A stretch of DNA of 64,000 nucleotides from Armatimonadota bacterium (GTDB lineage: Bacteria; Armatimonadota; Fimbriimonadia; Fimbriimonadales; GBS-DC): positions 1 to 64,000 of the forward strand of contig JBBIML010000014.1 in the NCBI GenBank assembly GCA_037444405.1. The letters are read 5' to 3'. The notes under the pieces are model-generated. The model searched no databases and had not been told where the DNA came from. It saw only the letters and a list, made by a program, of their open reading frames with translations. Made by a program: the position numbers and the translations under genes. The first letter of the stretch is position 1, and each line of letters opens with the position of its first letter. Shown here piece after piece: positions 42,821-52,946 of the stretch.

Positions 42821-43597
42821 CTACTCGGTCAGGAAGCGCCAGCGCAGCTCATAATGCTCCACGCAGTTAAAGTAGAATCGCGCTACCTGCTCAAAGGAGC
42901 GAAAGGCATATCGATGGCGCACCTCGGCAAAAGGCTCATCCTGCAGGCGCTGCTCAAACTGGGCACGCCTTCTTTCCGGTGCAACCAGCACAAAGCGCGT
43001 GTCGATGTCCCTCAGCTGATACATCTTATGCATCGAGTTGACGAAGCTGGTGGTGGCTTCCACCTCATAAATGAACTTGGGAAAGGGTCTCTGCCCGCGA
43101 CCGAACCAGATGACATCGCAGCGTGCCGCCTTTTGCTGCAGTTCTGGATAGGTGAACGGCGGAACCCCCTGGAGATGGCACAGATCGCCCAACCGTTTGC
43201 CATCAAAAGAGCAATTGCGGTCGCTCGTGTAGGTCTGATACTCCAGATAGTTGCCGATTTCGATGAGCATGCCCTCCATCGCGCTGTGGATATCCTCAAT
43301 CTGGTTCAGATAGGCATCGACGCTTTTGCCTTTGAGCGCATGGGCATAGGCGGTGCTGTCATCGATGGCGTGGTCGGGCAGCGCGTAGACACCCAGACCG
43401 ACCTTCACGAACCGCCCGCGCCGCACCTCGCGATACAGCACGCCCCGCAGCGTCTTTTGCCAGTCGCCCGCGGGCAGCGAATGGCGATGGCGCGGAGCCT
43501 GTTGATAAAGTTGCTCCAGCGAAGCGACGCCCTTGTTCGCCCGCATAATTGCCTCAATAAGCTCTGCCCACTTTTGAGGGTTGCTGGAGCCTCTCAT
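42821..43597 (-). CDS. Winged-helix + PD-(D/E)XK-like putative endonuclease
   Basis: N-terminal wHTH-like segment (ASLEQLY...RGVLY...GVYAL); CDVIWF...YEVE.TTS. Confidence 0.65.
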   Translation of the reverse strand: MRGSSNPQKWAELIEAIMRANKGVASLEQLYQQAPRHRHSLPAGDWQKTLRGVLYREVRRGRFVKVGLGVYALPDHAIDDSTAYAHALKGKSVDAYLNQIEDIHSAMEGMLIEIGNYLEYQTYTSDRNCSFDGKRLGDLCHLQGVPPFTYPELQQKAARCDVIWFGRGQRPFPKFIYEVEATTSFVNSMHKMYQLRDIDTRFVLVAPERRRAQFEQRLQDEPFAEVRHRYAFRSFEQVARFYFNCVEHYELRWRFLTE

Positions 43598-43612
43598 TGT
43601 GAAGGTTACCCC

Positions 43613-44659
43613 CTATCCACCCCAGTTGCGGGGCAGGAAGAGCTGGATGTAGCGCTGGATGGCGTAGCGGTCGGTCATGCCGGCGATGTAGTCGCACACC
43701 GCCTGCACCTGCGCTTCGAGCGTCGGCTCGGCAGGGCGGAAGTTGTCGGGCAAAGCGTCGGGATGCTCCAGATAGTAGGTGAATAGTTGCTGGATCATGG
43801 TGCGCATCTTCTCCCGCTCAGCCGTCACGCGCGGATGGTGATAGAGGTTCTCAAACATGAACTCCTTCATGCGGTTCATCGCCTCCAGCATGGCGGGGCT
43901 AAGCTGAACGATGGGCTTGCCGTCGCTCTGTTCGACCACATCCATCACCATGCGGGCGATGCGCTGGCTGTGCGTTTGACCCAGAAAGTCGATTAAGTCG
44001 CGCGGCAGGTCGTCGGGTGTGAGCAGTCCGGCTCGCATGCCGTCGTCCAGATCGTGATTGAGGTAGGCGATTCGGTCGGCGATGCGCACGACGGTCGCTT
44101 CGAGGGTGGTGGTCTTCTCGCTTTCGGCGTGGCTCAGATCCGCCCGCCCTTTGGAGTGTCCCACGATGCCCTCGCGCACCTCGTGGGTGAGGTTTAGCCC
44201 CTGCCCTTCTTTTTCCAGCACATCGACCACGCGCAGACTCTGTTCGTAGTGGCGGAATCGGCGATCAGGCAGGTAGCGGCGCACGATTTCGTCGAGCGCT
44301 TCCTCGCCCGTATGCCCGAAGGGCGGGTGTCCCAGGTCGTGCGCCAGCGCGATGGCTTCGGTGAGGTCTTCGTTCAGGCGCAGGGCGCGGCTGATGGTGC
44401 GGGCGATTTGCGCCACCTCCAGCGTGTGGGTCAGGCGTGTGCGGTAGTGGTCCTCTTCAGGGTCCAAAAACACCTGCGTTTTGTGCTTGAGGCGTCGGAA
44501 GGCTTTGCAGTGGATGATGCGGTCGCGGTCGCGCTGGAAGGCGGTGCGCACGGGGTCGGGCGGCTCCGGGATAGGTCGCCCGCGCGATTCGGCGCTTTTG
44601 GCAGCGTACGGCGCGAGCAGCTCACGCTCCAGTTGCTCCAGACGCTCCCGAATGGTCAT
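43613..44659 (-). CDS. dgt: dGTP triphosphohydrolase-like HD protein
   Basis: FQRDRDRIIH, RTRLTHTLEV, HDLGHPPFGH.GE, DYIAGMTD. Confidence 0.96.
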   Translation of the reverse strand: MTIRERLEQLERELLAPYAAKSAESRGRPIPEPPDPVRTAFQRDRDRIIHCKAFRRLKHKTQVFLDPEEDHYRTRLTHTLEVAQIARTISRALRLNEDLTEAIALAHDLGHPPFGHTGEEALDEIVRRYLPDRRFRHYEQSLRVVDVLEKEGQGLNLTHEVREGIVGHSKGRADLSHAESEKTTTLEATVVRIADRIAYLNHDLDDGMRAGLLTPDDLPRDLIDFLGQTHSQRIARMVMDVVEQSDGKPIVQLSPAMLEAMNRMKEFMFENLYHHPRVTAEREKMRTMIQQLFTYYLEHPDALPDNFRPAEPTLEAQVQAVCDYIAGMTDRYAIQRYIQLFLPRNWGG

Positions 44660-44662
44660 GGC

Positions 44663-45184
44663 TCAATACTGGATCAGCGTGCGCACATCGTAGCCGCGTA
44701 GGTTCTTGCGCCCGCCAAGAAAGGTGAGTTCGATCAGGAACACGAAGCCCGCGACGGTGCCCTGAAGCCGTTCGATGAGCCGCGCCGATGCCGCCGCCGT
44801 GCCGCCCGTCGCCAGCAGGTCGTCCACCACCACCACGCGCTGACCCGGCTCGATCGCGTCGGTGTGAATCTCGACGGTGTTGGTGCCGTATTCGAGGGCG
44901 TACTCTTCCGAGATTTTCTCGCCAGGCAGCTTGCCCAGCTTGCGAACGGGCACAAAACCCAGCCCCAGATTGACCGCGATCGGCAGCCCGAACACGAAGC
45001 CGCGCGACTCGATGCCTGCAATCACATCGGGCTTCAGCGAGCGAGCATGCTCGGTCATCAGCTCAATCACCTCCCGCAACGCCTGCGGATGCTTCAACAC
45101 GGGCGTGATGTCTTTGAAGATGATGCCCGGCTCCGGAAAGTTCGGTATATCGCGCACCAGCTGCGCTGCCAACAGTTCCGCCAT
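44663..45184 (-). CDS. apt: Adenine phosphoribosyltransferase
   Basis: FKDITP, ESRGF, LEYGT, VDDLLATGGT. Confidence 0.97.
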   Translation of the reverse strand: MAELLAAQLVRDIPNFPEPGIIFKDITPVLKHPQALREVIELMTEHARSLKPDVIAGIESRGFVFGLPIAVNLGLGFVPVRKLGKLPGEKISEEYALEYGTNTVEIHTDAIEPGQRVVVVDDLLATGGTAAASARLIERLQGTVAGFVFLIELTFLGGRKNLRGYDVRTLIQY

Positions 45185-45299
45185 CGCTCAGAACCTCCTC
45201 CGAGTGTTGAAACCGATAGAGTATACCCCCTCGCACAAAGAGTTCCTGCAGGGGGTATACTGTCTACCGTCCCTTAGTACGGGGACAGGAGAGGGACCC

Positions 45300-46100
45300 A
45301 TGGAACGATTGCTGGAGAATCAGACAGCGACGGTGATTGTAGCCATCATCATCTTCGTGATTGTGCTGTTGCGGGCATCGCTGCGCGTGCTGCCCGAGTG
45401 GGAGCGAGCGGTGGTGCTGCGACTGGGACGCTTCCAGGCGGTCAAGGGACCCGGGCTGATCTTTCTCATCCCGATTATCGATGTTGCCCGCATCGTCGAT
45501 ACGCGCATCGTCACGATGAATGTGCCGCGCCAGGAAGCCGTGACCAAAGATAATGTGTCGGTCACGGTGGATGCGGTGGTGCTTTTTAAGGTGGTCAACC
45601 CCAAAGACGCGGTGGTGCAGATCACCGATTATATTCAGACCTCCAGCCTGATTGCGCAGACCACTTTGCGCAGCGTGATTGGTCAGGCGGAACTGGATGA
45701 CCTGCTGGCACGGCGCGATAAAATCAATCAGCAGCTGCAGAGCATCATCGACGAGCAGACGGAGGCGTTCGGGGTGAAAGTCACCAGCGTGGAGGTGCGC
45801 GATGTGACTCTGCCGGAGGAGATGAAGCGGGCGCTGGCGAAGCAGGCGGAGAGTGAGCGCGAGCGCCGCGCGAAAGTGATTGCCGCCGAGGGTGAATATC
45901 AGGCGGCGGAGCGACTGGTGCAGGCAGCTGAACGCATCGCCCAGCAGCCCGCCGCGCTCCAGCTGCGCTACCTGCAGACACTCGTCGAAATCGCCAGCGA
46001 ACGCAACTCCACTGTCGTGTTCCCCATCCCCATCGAACTCATCCGCCCGCTCTTTCTCACCGATCAGCGGGGGAACACGCCGCCCTCCAGCTCCGTCTAA
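45300..46100 (+). CDS. SPFH/stomatin (slipin) family protein
   Basis: ERAVVLRLGR, TKDNV, QTTLRSVIG, QAE.ERERRAK, LQLRYLQTL. Confidence 0.95.
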   Translation: MERLLENQTATVIVAIIIFVIVLLRASLRVLPEWERAVVLRLGRFQAVKGPGLIFLIPIIDVARIVDTRIVTMNVPRQEAVTKDNVSVTVDAVVLFKVVNPKDAVVQITDYIQTSSLIAQTTLRSVIGQAELDDLLARRDKINQQLQSIIDEQTEAFGVKVTSVEVRDVTLPEEMKRALAKQAESERERRAKVIAAEGEYQAAERLVQAAERIAQQPAALQLRYLQTLVEIASERNSTVVFPIPIELIRPLFLTDQRGNTPPSSSV

Positions 46101-46196
46101 ATCGACGCGTCAGCGGGTTCGATTGCCCGCCTGAGTGTGCTATAATAGAGTCGTGTCCGAACGAGTCAGTCCAGACCAACGACAGTGAGGCGAACG

Positions 46197-47921
46197 ATGA
46201 ACTGGGAGCAAGCCTATCGGGAGCTATTGCAGCAATATAACCAGCTCAAAACGGAGTGTGAACAGGCGCAGGCGCGATTGCGCGAACTGGAGAGCCAGCT
46301 GAGGAACGGCGGGCGGGGCGCCGCGCCCGATGTGGTCGCCGCGGAGGTCGCCAGCCCCGCCAACTACGAGGCGACGCTGCGCCGACTGGTGCGCCAGATC
46401 GGCGCCATCCTGCAAGCCGAGAAGGTCGTCTTTATGCTCTACGATCCAGAGGAGGGCGAGCTGCGCGCCTACCCGCCTGCCTACGGCATCAGCGACGACG
46501 AACTGCGCCTGCTGCGCGTGCGCGCCACGCAAGGCGTCTCCGGCGAAGTGTTCCGAGAAGGCAAGCCGATTATCGTGCATGACGCCATCAGCGACCCGCG
46601 CACGCTCAAAGAGAATGTTGCCCTGTTCCACATCCGCAACCTCGTATGTGTGCCCCTGATTTTAGAAAAACGCGACGAGGAGAACCGCGTCATCGACCGC
46701 CAGACGATTGGCGTGCTGCACGCCTTTAACAAGATGCGTGGTGGACACTTCATCGATGAAGATGTGCGCCTGCTGGAGCGCATGGCGCGCAACGCCGCCG
46801 CTGTCATCGCAGGCATGCGGCTCTATCAGGCGGTGCTGGAAGAAAAGGAGGAGCTGGTTCACACCATCGAGAGCCTGCGCGCAGGGCTGTTGCTGGTCAA
46901 CCAGAACGGGCGCATCAACCAGATGAACGCCGCCGCCCGATTCATCTTCGGGCTGGGACCTGATGTGCTGGGCAAGCCCTATCAGGAGATTATCCCGAAC
47001 GAGACCATCCGCAGCATGATCCGCGCCGCCATTGAAGAGGAGCGGGAGGGCGAACTGATCGAGCTCACCGTGCAACTCGATGGCAAGGAGCATATCTATC
47101 AGGTGCAGAACGCCATCGTGCGCGGTGAAGACCAGAAGCCGATGGGCACGGTGATGATCTTCAACGACATCACCGATATTCGCAATCTGGAGCGGATGAA
47201 GTCGGCGTTTGTGGCGACCGTCTCCCACGAGCTGCGCACGCCGCTGACCGCCATCAAGGGCTTCATCTCCACCCTGCTGATGGACCCCGAAGACGCCTTC
47301 TCACCCGAAGAGCGGCGCGAGTTCTACACCATCATCGATCAGGAGACCGATCGCCTCACCCGTCTCATCAACGACCTGCTGAATATCGCTCGAATCGAGG
47401 CGGGCGAATCGCTCAAGCCCGTCTACAAAGAGGTCGACTTCTACAAACTGTCGCAGAAGGTGGTCACCATCCAGCGGGCGGCTACCAACAAGCATGTAAT
47501 CGTGCATGATGTGCCACCCGACCTGCCGCGCATTATTGCCGATGAAGACAAGCTCGACCAGATTCTCACCAACCTGCTCAGCAACGCCATCAAATACTCG
47601 CCGAACGGCGGTGAGATTCGCGTCAAAGCATGGGAGGAAGACCCCGACCATATCATCTTCTATGTGTCCGATCAGGGCATGGGTATCCCGAAGGAACACC
47701 TGACGAAGGTGTTCGAAAAGTTCCACCGGGTGGACACCAGCGACACGCGCAAGCAGTATGGCACGGGTCTAGGGCTGTATCTGGTGAAGCACCTGGTGGA
47801 GGTGATTCATGGTGGGCAGATCTGGGTGGAGAGCGAGGTCGGTGTCGGCTCCACCTTCTATGTGCGCCTGCCGAAGATCCCGCCTGCTGTCAAGGAGGGC
47901 AAGGAGCAGGTTGAGAAATGA
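46197..47921 (+). CDS. GAF-PAS sensor histidine kinase
   Basis: [10 protein letters not shown]-box, [20 protein letters not shown]; alternative GTG start at 46185. Confidence 0.94.
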   Translation: MNWEQAYRELLQQYNQLKTECEQAQARLRELESQLRNGGRGAAPDVVAAEVASPANYEATLRRLVRQIGAILQAEKVVFMLYDPEEGELRAYPPAYGISDDELRLLRVRATQGVSGEVFREGKPIIVHDAISDPRTLKENVALFHIRNLVCVPLILEKRDEENRVIDRQTIGVLHAFNKMRGGHFIDEDVRLLERMARNAAAVIAGMRLYQAVLEEKEELVHTIESLRAGLLLVNQNGRINQMNAAARFIFGLGPDVLGKPYQEIIPNETIRSMIRAAIEEEREGELIELTVQLDGKEHIYQVQNAIVRGEDQKPMGTVMIFNDITDIRNLERMKSAFVATVSHELRTPLTAIKGFISTLLMDPEDAFSPEERREFYTIIDQETDRLTRLINDLLNIARIEAGESLKPVYKEVDFYKLSQKVVTIQRAATNKHVIVHDVPPDLPRIIADEDKLDQILTNLLSNAIKYSPNGGEIRVKAWEEDPDHIIFYVSDQGMGIPKEHLTKVFEKFHRVDTSDTRKQYGTGLGLYLVKHLVEVIHGGQIWVESEVGVGSTFYVRLPKIPPAVKEGKEQVEK

Positions 47922-48367
47922 GCCGTGTTCGTGTCGCCATCTGGCGTTCGCCAGCGGCGCGCGACCTGCCCCTGCCGGGTTATCGCACCTCCGGCTCGGC
48001 AGGGGTCGATCTTTATGCCGCTGTCGATGAGCCTGTGGTGCTGATGCCGGGCGAGCGGCGGCTGATCCCCACAGGGGTTCATATCGCGCTCCCGCCGGGC
48101 TACGAGGCGCAGGTGCGACCCCGCAGCGGGCTGGCGCTCCAGCACGGCATCGGCATGGTCAATAGTCCCGGCACCATCGACAGCGACTATCGGGGCGAGA
48201 TTGGCGTGATCCTCATCAACTGGGGCAGCGAGCCGTTCACCATCCGCCGGGGCGACCGCATCGCCCAGCTGGTGGTCGCGCCCGTCGCCCGAATCGAGTG
48301 GGACGAAACCGAGCAGCTACCCCCCACTGAGCGCGGCGAGGGCGGATTCGGGCACACGGGACGCTGA
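47918..48367 (+). CDS. dut: dUTPase
   Basis: [38 protein letters not shown]. Confidence 0.97.
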   Translation: MSRVRVAIWRSPAARDLPLPGYRTSGSAGVDLYAAVDEPVVLMPGERRLIPTGVHIALPPGYEAQVRPRSGLALQHGIGMVNSPGTIDSDYRGEIGVILINWGSEPFTIRRGDRIAQLVVAPVARIEWDETEQLPPTERGEGGFGHTGR

Positions 48368-48369
48368 GC

Positions 48370-51300
48370 CTACCCCTCGAACGGCGCCAGCACCGCCTGC
48401 GCCAGCGGACGCAACTGCTCCACAAGATGCTCCCGACAGGTGCGGCACGCCTCCTGACGGAGTGATTCCAGCACCGCGTCGGACAGCCGCGCCGCCACCG
48501 CCTGTAGCAGGTCGGGTGGGCAGGGCTCGCCCGTGAGCGGTTCCATCAGCATCAGCCAGCGGGCAGCCTGCTCGATGTCGTTGCTCTGCAGGGCGAGCTG
48601 AGCCAGCGTCTGCAGAGAAGGCGCGATTTGATTATCCTGCTCGTAGGCGAGGCAGGCATAAAGGCGTGCGAGCTGCCACTGGTACGCCTGCTCGCACTCG
48701 CCACGCCGCTGTACCAGCTCTGCCAGATTCTGCAGCGCCTGCGGCAGGTACCAGAGCAGCCGATAGCGCAGGATGCGCTCCAGGCTCCGCTGGAACAGGG
48801 CTGCCGCCGTCTCATAATCGCCCTCGTGCAGGTAGGTGTCCGCCAGATTGTTGAGCGCGGCGGCTTCACCAATACCTTCGTGCAGCTCCTGCCAGAGGGC
48901 GCTCGCCTGCAGGCAGAGTTCGCGGGCACGCGCATATTCACCGCGCTCGCGCAACCAGACGCCCCAGTTGGTCAGCACGGTGGCAACCGTGCGCCGATCG
49001 CTCAGTTGCTGCGCCAGCTGAAGCACTGCCATCAGAAACGCCTCTGCCTGCTCATGCTGACCCTGCTGATACAGCACATTGGCGAGGTTGCTCATCGCCT
49101 GCAGGCGGATCAGGGGCGCCGATGAGTGCGATGCCTGCTCCAGAGCCTGCTGAAAGGCACAGTTAGCCGCCTCCAGATCGCCCCGAATCCAGAGCGCAAC
49201 CCCCAGATGATTCAGTGCCTCTGCCTGATCGGGCAGGCTCTGGTGGCGATCGAACAGCGCCAGCGCCCGCCTGAGAGAGCAAAGACTGCGCTCGCAATCG
49301 CCCTGCATCCAGTAATGGAACCCTGCGGCGACCCAGAACCGCCCCGCCGACAGCGTGTGGGGATGCGCATCAGCGACAGGCAGGAATCGATGGAGCATCG
49401 ACTCGATCTGCGTCATATCCCTGCGCCGGATTGCCAGGCTCAGCGCCACGCGCGCCGCCTGCAGCTGATGCCCGGCATCCGTCAGGCGCTGCGGGAGCTG
49501 GCACGCCATCGAATAGAGGGCATCCCCACAGCCGCGCCGCTCCCAGAAAGAGGCGAGCGCCGTCACGAGAGGGAGCGCCTGCTCAGGCGCATGCGCCAGA
49601 CCCCATTCAAGAGCAGCCTCGATGTTCGCCCGCTCCGGCTCGAGCTGCTGCTCCCACAGAGTGATCTGACCGCCGACCTGCTCACTCAGCTCACAAAAGT
49701 AGCGCAGGTGAGCCGCTCGCGTCGATTCCCACTCGTCGCTGGCGTGCAGATGCATCTCGGCGAAGAGGCGCACCGGCTCCAGCAGGTGATACCGCTCGCC
49801 ATCCCGCTGCACCAGCGAGAGGCGCGTTAACTCTTCAAGAGACGGCTCGGCGTCAGGTGGGGCTGCCACCGCCTGCGCCGCCGAGAGGGTGAACCCGCCA
49901 TGAAAAACGCTGAGCCGTGCGAAAAAGGCGCGGATGGCAGGCGGCAATAACTGGTAGGTGGCAGTCAGCGAGGTATGAAGCGAATGGCTCAGCGTGCCTG
50001 TGGGTCGCCCGCGCAGCCATTCCCATGAGTGGCGCAGTTGCTGAACCAGCTCAGCAGGCGAGTGGCTCCGCAGGCGTGCGGACACCAGCTCGATCGCCAG
50101 CGGGAGACCGCCGGTCAGCCGGACCAGCATCCCCACCGATTCGGCGTTCCGCGCTGTGAGCCGAAAATCGGGCATGACTTGGCGGGCGCGCTCCAGAAAG
50201 AGGCGCACGGCGGCATACCGTAGCAGCTCCTCAACCTCGCTCGCACCCTCCGGCGGGACAGGCAACGGCTCCAGATGGAACACCTGCTCCGGTTCCAGTT
50301 CTGTAGGCGTCTGCACCGTCACAAGACAGCAGAGGGTTGGCACGGCGGACCGAAGCTGCTTCAGTTCCTGCCGTTGCGCGGGCGAAAGCTGTCCGCCGCT
50401 TGTGTCCACAACAAGGAGCGCGGGCTGGGCGGTCAGCATCGCGCTGAAGGACCGCAGGAAGGGTTCCCGACCCTGCCACTCCCAGCTGAGCCGCTGCGCA
50501 AGTTGCTCCATGACCGAGTCGCGGGCGCTGTGCAGGGCAAGCCACCAGCGCGCCTCGCCAAACAGCGGCTCCGCTTCCCAGGCGCATTCCAGCGCCAGTC
50601 GGCTCTTCCCCACGCCGGGCGCGCCGATGAGCGTGATGAGCGAACCCGCACCGCTCTGCAGGCACGCATGCAGGTGGGCGCGCTCCGTCTCCCGCCCGAC
50701 GAAGGTGGTGGGCACCTGAATCAGCCACTGACGCAGGGGCGATTCCACACGCAGGGGCGCGAAGGTCTGCTCACGACCGGCGAACTCCAGCTGGTAGATT
50801 TGCTCGCTGGAGGCGCGCTCGCCGAGCCGATAGCAGCCCAGATGGCGCAGGGTGAACCGCACGGGAGCCGTCCCTTGCGGCAGCAGCAGCGCGGCGCGCT
50901 CCGTGCAGAGAATCTGACGAGGGGAACCAGCCTTCAGCAGCTGCTCCACCGTTGAGAGCGGAACCCCACCTGCCTGACCCAACCCGTAACGCAGTTCGCC
51001 CACATCCAGCGCGAATCGGCACTCCCTCAGCTCCTGATGCAGCGTCGCCAGCGATTTCAGCACTCCCTCCAGCGAGTTGAAGAAGGCGCGAAGTCCCGCA
51101 GGCGCCACCCCCAGAATGGAACCCTGATGAGTGCGAATCACCCGACATGCCCAGCTGCGCCGATGCTTCAGCAGCGTTTCGCTCTCCAGTCCCAGCACAA
51201 CCCCCAGCCCACTGGGTGTGGTGCTGGTGTAGGCTGGCGGACGGGCAGCGACAGGAGCATGAGCAGGCGGCGCGGTCGCCCCCAGCTGGTGGATCGCCGA

Positions 51301-51789
51301 TTCATACAGCTGGCGCAGGCGCTCGCGCTCCGCCACCACCCACGGCTCGTCAAAATCGCAGAGGAAGTCGCCCCGATAGAGCGAGCAGGCATACTCCAGC
51401 AGGCGGCGCTGCTCCTCGGCGGAGACGCCGCTGGCGACCCGGTGGAGCGCCTCCTCAAAGCGCGCCACATCGGTCTCCACCGCGTCGGGATTCAGCCCAA
51501 CCGATTGCCGACCGCTCCACAGCACCAGCCCTGCCGGCACGCCAGGCGGCTCCAGCACGCGGCGCAGCAGCGCGAGCGTCACGCGCAGATTGTTGCGAGC
51601 GGACGGTTGAGGCAGCCCGCGCCAGAACAGACGCAGGAGCTGCGCACGGGGATGGCGCTGGGGATAGCGCAGCAGATAAGCCAGCAGCAATGCCGCTTTG
51701 CGCGTGCGCAGCCGAAGCACACGCTGACCCGCCACCTCCACCTCCAGCTCGCCAAACAGCCGCGCCTTGACCAGAGGGACAGCCGACAT
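48370..51789 (-). CDS. AfsR/SARP-like regulator: wHTH-BTAD, degenerate cyclase-like domain, STAND ATPase, TPRs
   Basis: NLRV.L..LRR, TDV.RF, LYRG.FL; FVGRE.E, GAPGVGKSRLA, GLPLAIEL; C-terminal TPRs. Confidence 0.88.
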   Translation of the reverse strand: MSAVPLVKARLFGELEVEVAGQRVLRLRTRKAALLLAYLLRYPQRHPRAQLLRLFWRGLPQPSARNNLRVTLALLRRVLEPPGVPAGLVLWSGRQSVGLNPDAVETDVARFEEALHRVASGVSAEEQRRLLEYACSLYRGDFLCDFDEPWVVAERERLRQLYESAIHQLGATAPPAHAPVAARPPAYTSTTPSGLGVVLGLESETLLKHRRSWACRVIRTHQGSILGVAPAGLRAFFNSLEGVLKSLATLHQELRECRFALDVGELRYGLGQAGGVPLSTVEQLLKAGSPRQILCTERAALLLPQGTAPVRFTLRHLGCYRLGERASSEQIYQLEFAGREQTFAPLRVESPLRQWLIQVPTTFVGRETERAHLHACLQSGAGSLITLIGAPGVGKSRLALECAWEAEPLFGEARWWLALHSARDSVMEQLAQRLSWEWQGREPFLRSFSAMLTAQPALLVVDTSGGQLSPAQRQELKQLRSAVPTLCCLVTVQTPTELEPEQVFHLEPLPVPPEGASEVEELLRYAAVRLFLERARQVMPDFRLTARNAESVGMLVRLTGGLPLAIELVSARLRSHSPAELVQQLRHSWEWLRGRPTGTLSHSLHTSLTATYQLLPPAIRAFFARLSVFHGGFTLSAAQAVAAPPDAEPSLEELTRLSLVQRDGERYHLLEPVRLFAEMHLHASDEWESTRAAHLRYFCELSEQVGGQITLWEQQLEPERANIEAALEWGLAHAPEQALPLVTALASFWERRGCGDALYSMACQLPQRLTDAGHQLQAARVALSLAIRRRDMTQIESMLHRFLPVADAHPHTLSAGRFWVAAGFHYWMQGDCERSLCSLRRALALFDRHQSLPDQAEALNHLGVALWIRGDLEAANCAFQQALEQASHSSAPLIRLQAMSNLANVLYQQGQHEQAEAFLMAVLQLAQQLSDRRTVATVLTNWGVWLRERGEYARARELCLQASALWQELHEGIGEAAALNNLADTYLHEGDYETAAALFQRSLERILRYRLLWYLPQALQNLAELVQRRGECEQAYQWQLARLYACLAYEQDNQIAPSLQTLAQLALQSNDIEQAARWLMLMEPLTGEPCPPDLLQAVAARLSDAVLESLRQEACRTCREHLVEQLRPLAQAVLAPFEG

Positions 51790-51843
51790 CGCCCTCTGTC
51801 GATTCGCCTTTCCCGCGCTTTTTCCCACCGCAATGATAAAAAA

Positions 51844-51868
51844 TCCCCTTCCCGCAAGGGGAAGGGGA
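51844..51868. repeat. Intergenic BoxC-like hairpin, possibly also a terminator
   Basis: TCCCCTTCCC-GCAAG-GGGAAGGGGA, preceded by AAA as in module B. Confidence 0.55.
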
Positions 51869-51879
51869 CTGGATAGGCT

Positions 51880-52905
51880 CTATCGACGGGCACGGCGCGG
51901 GCGGAGCAAGGCTCCCAGCCCCAGCGCCAGCACCGCCAGGCTCGACGGCTCAGGCACCACCTCAAAGCGGAACCACTTAATCTCGTAAGATTCCATCCCC
52001 GTGAAGGAGAAGTTGTGGGTTCCTGCGCTGTCGGTGACGGTGAACCCGAAATTGGCGGTGGTGGTGGTCGACGCGGAGCTGAGAACCGCGCCCGCGTTTT
52101 CAGGGAAGAGCATGCCCCCTGTGCGGCGATCGTCGTCGCTGGGGCTGCCCTGCTCGTTGACCAGATCGAATCGGGTCAACGCAAGGTAATAGACGCCGGG
52201 CGCGTAATCCCGCACCAGTAGAGATTGCGTGGTTGCGCCGGTGCCGCCAGGCGCGTCAGCGCTTTCGTCGTCGTTGCCATAGCCCGGAATGGCGTTGAAG
52301 TTCGCGTCGTAGACCCACAGGTCGGTGTTCAGGGTGGTTCCCCCGATGGTGGAGATGGTAATCGTGCCGGGCAGGAAGGTGCCGAGGTCCACGGGGGTAA
52401 TCTCTACCCGTTCCAGTGTGGCTCGGTAAGGCTCCGTTGTGGCGGCGGTTCCCGTGACCCGATAGTAGATTTGCTCCTCACGCCCGAAGCCGTACCACTG
52501 AACGAAGCGCGGCGGGTTCGTGGAGGAAGAAGAGCGCTGAACGAACCCCTCGACTCCGTTGCCTGTGCCTACCTGACCATTCCATGGACCGGGCGGCGCC
52601 GGGTTCTGCCCCTGCCCCCGAATCTCGCCTGTGTGCCCCACAATATCGGAGGTCAGCACCAGCCGATAGCGGTAGATAGCGGGCGCGGCAGATACCGTGC
52701 GCACCAGGAAGTAGTCCTGTTCAGAACCAGTGGAACCCATGCTGACTCCCTGGATCCAGTCGCCCGGGCTCAGGGTGAAGGCGTTCGCCTGCGCGCGCGA
52801 GTCGTTTGGCTCGCTCTCAAAGTAGCCCGTTTGAGCAAGCCCGTTCGTCATCAGACCAGCTGCAATAAGCCCGATAATCCAGAGTTTAGTTGTACGCATC
52901 GTCAT
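51880..52905 (-). CDS. PEP-CTERM exported protein
   Basis: Signal peptide, ESEPND, C-terminal VPEPSSLAVLALGLGALLRPRRARR. Confidence 0.92.
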   Translation of the reverse strand: MTMRTTKLWIIGLIAAGLMTNGLAQTGYFESEPNDSRAQANAFTLSPGDWIQGVSMGSTGSEQDYFLVRTVSAAPAIYRYRLVLTSDIVGHTGEIRGQGQNPAPPGPWNGQVGTGNGVEGFVQRSSSSTNPPRFVQWYGFGREEQIYYRVTGTAATTEPYRATLERVEITPVDLGTFLPGTITISTIGGTTLNTDLWVYDANFNAIPGYGNDDESADAPGGTGATTQSLLVRDYAPGVYYLALTRFDLVNEQGSPSDDDRRTGGMLFPENAGAVLSSASTTTTANFGFTVTDSAGTHNFSFTGMESYEIKWFRFEVVPEPSSLAVLALGLGALLRPRRARR

Positions 52906-52946
52906 CACTCTCCTCTCATGACCTCAACAGGGGCATCTCACAGGGC

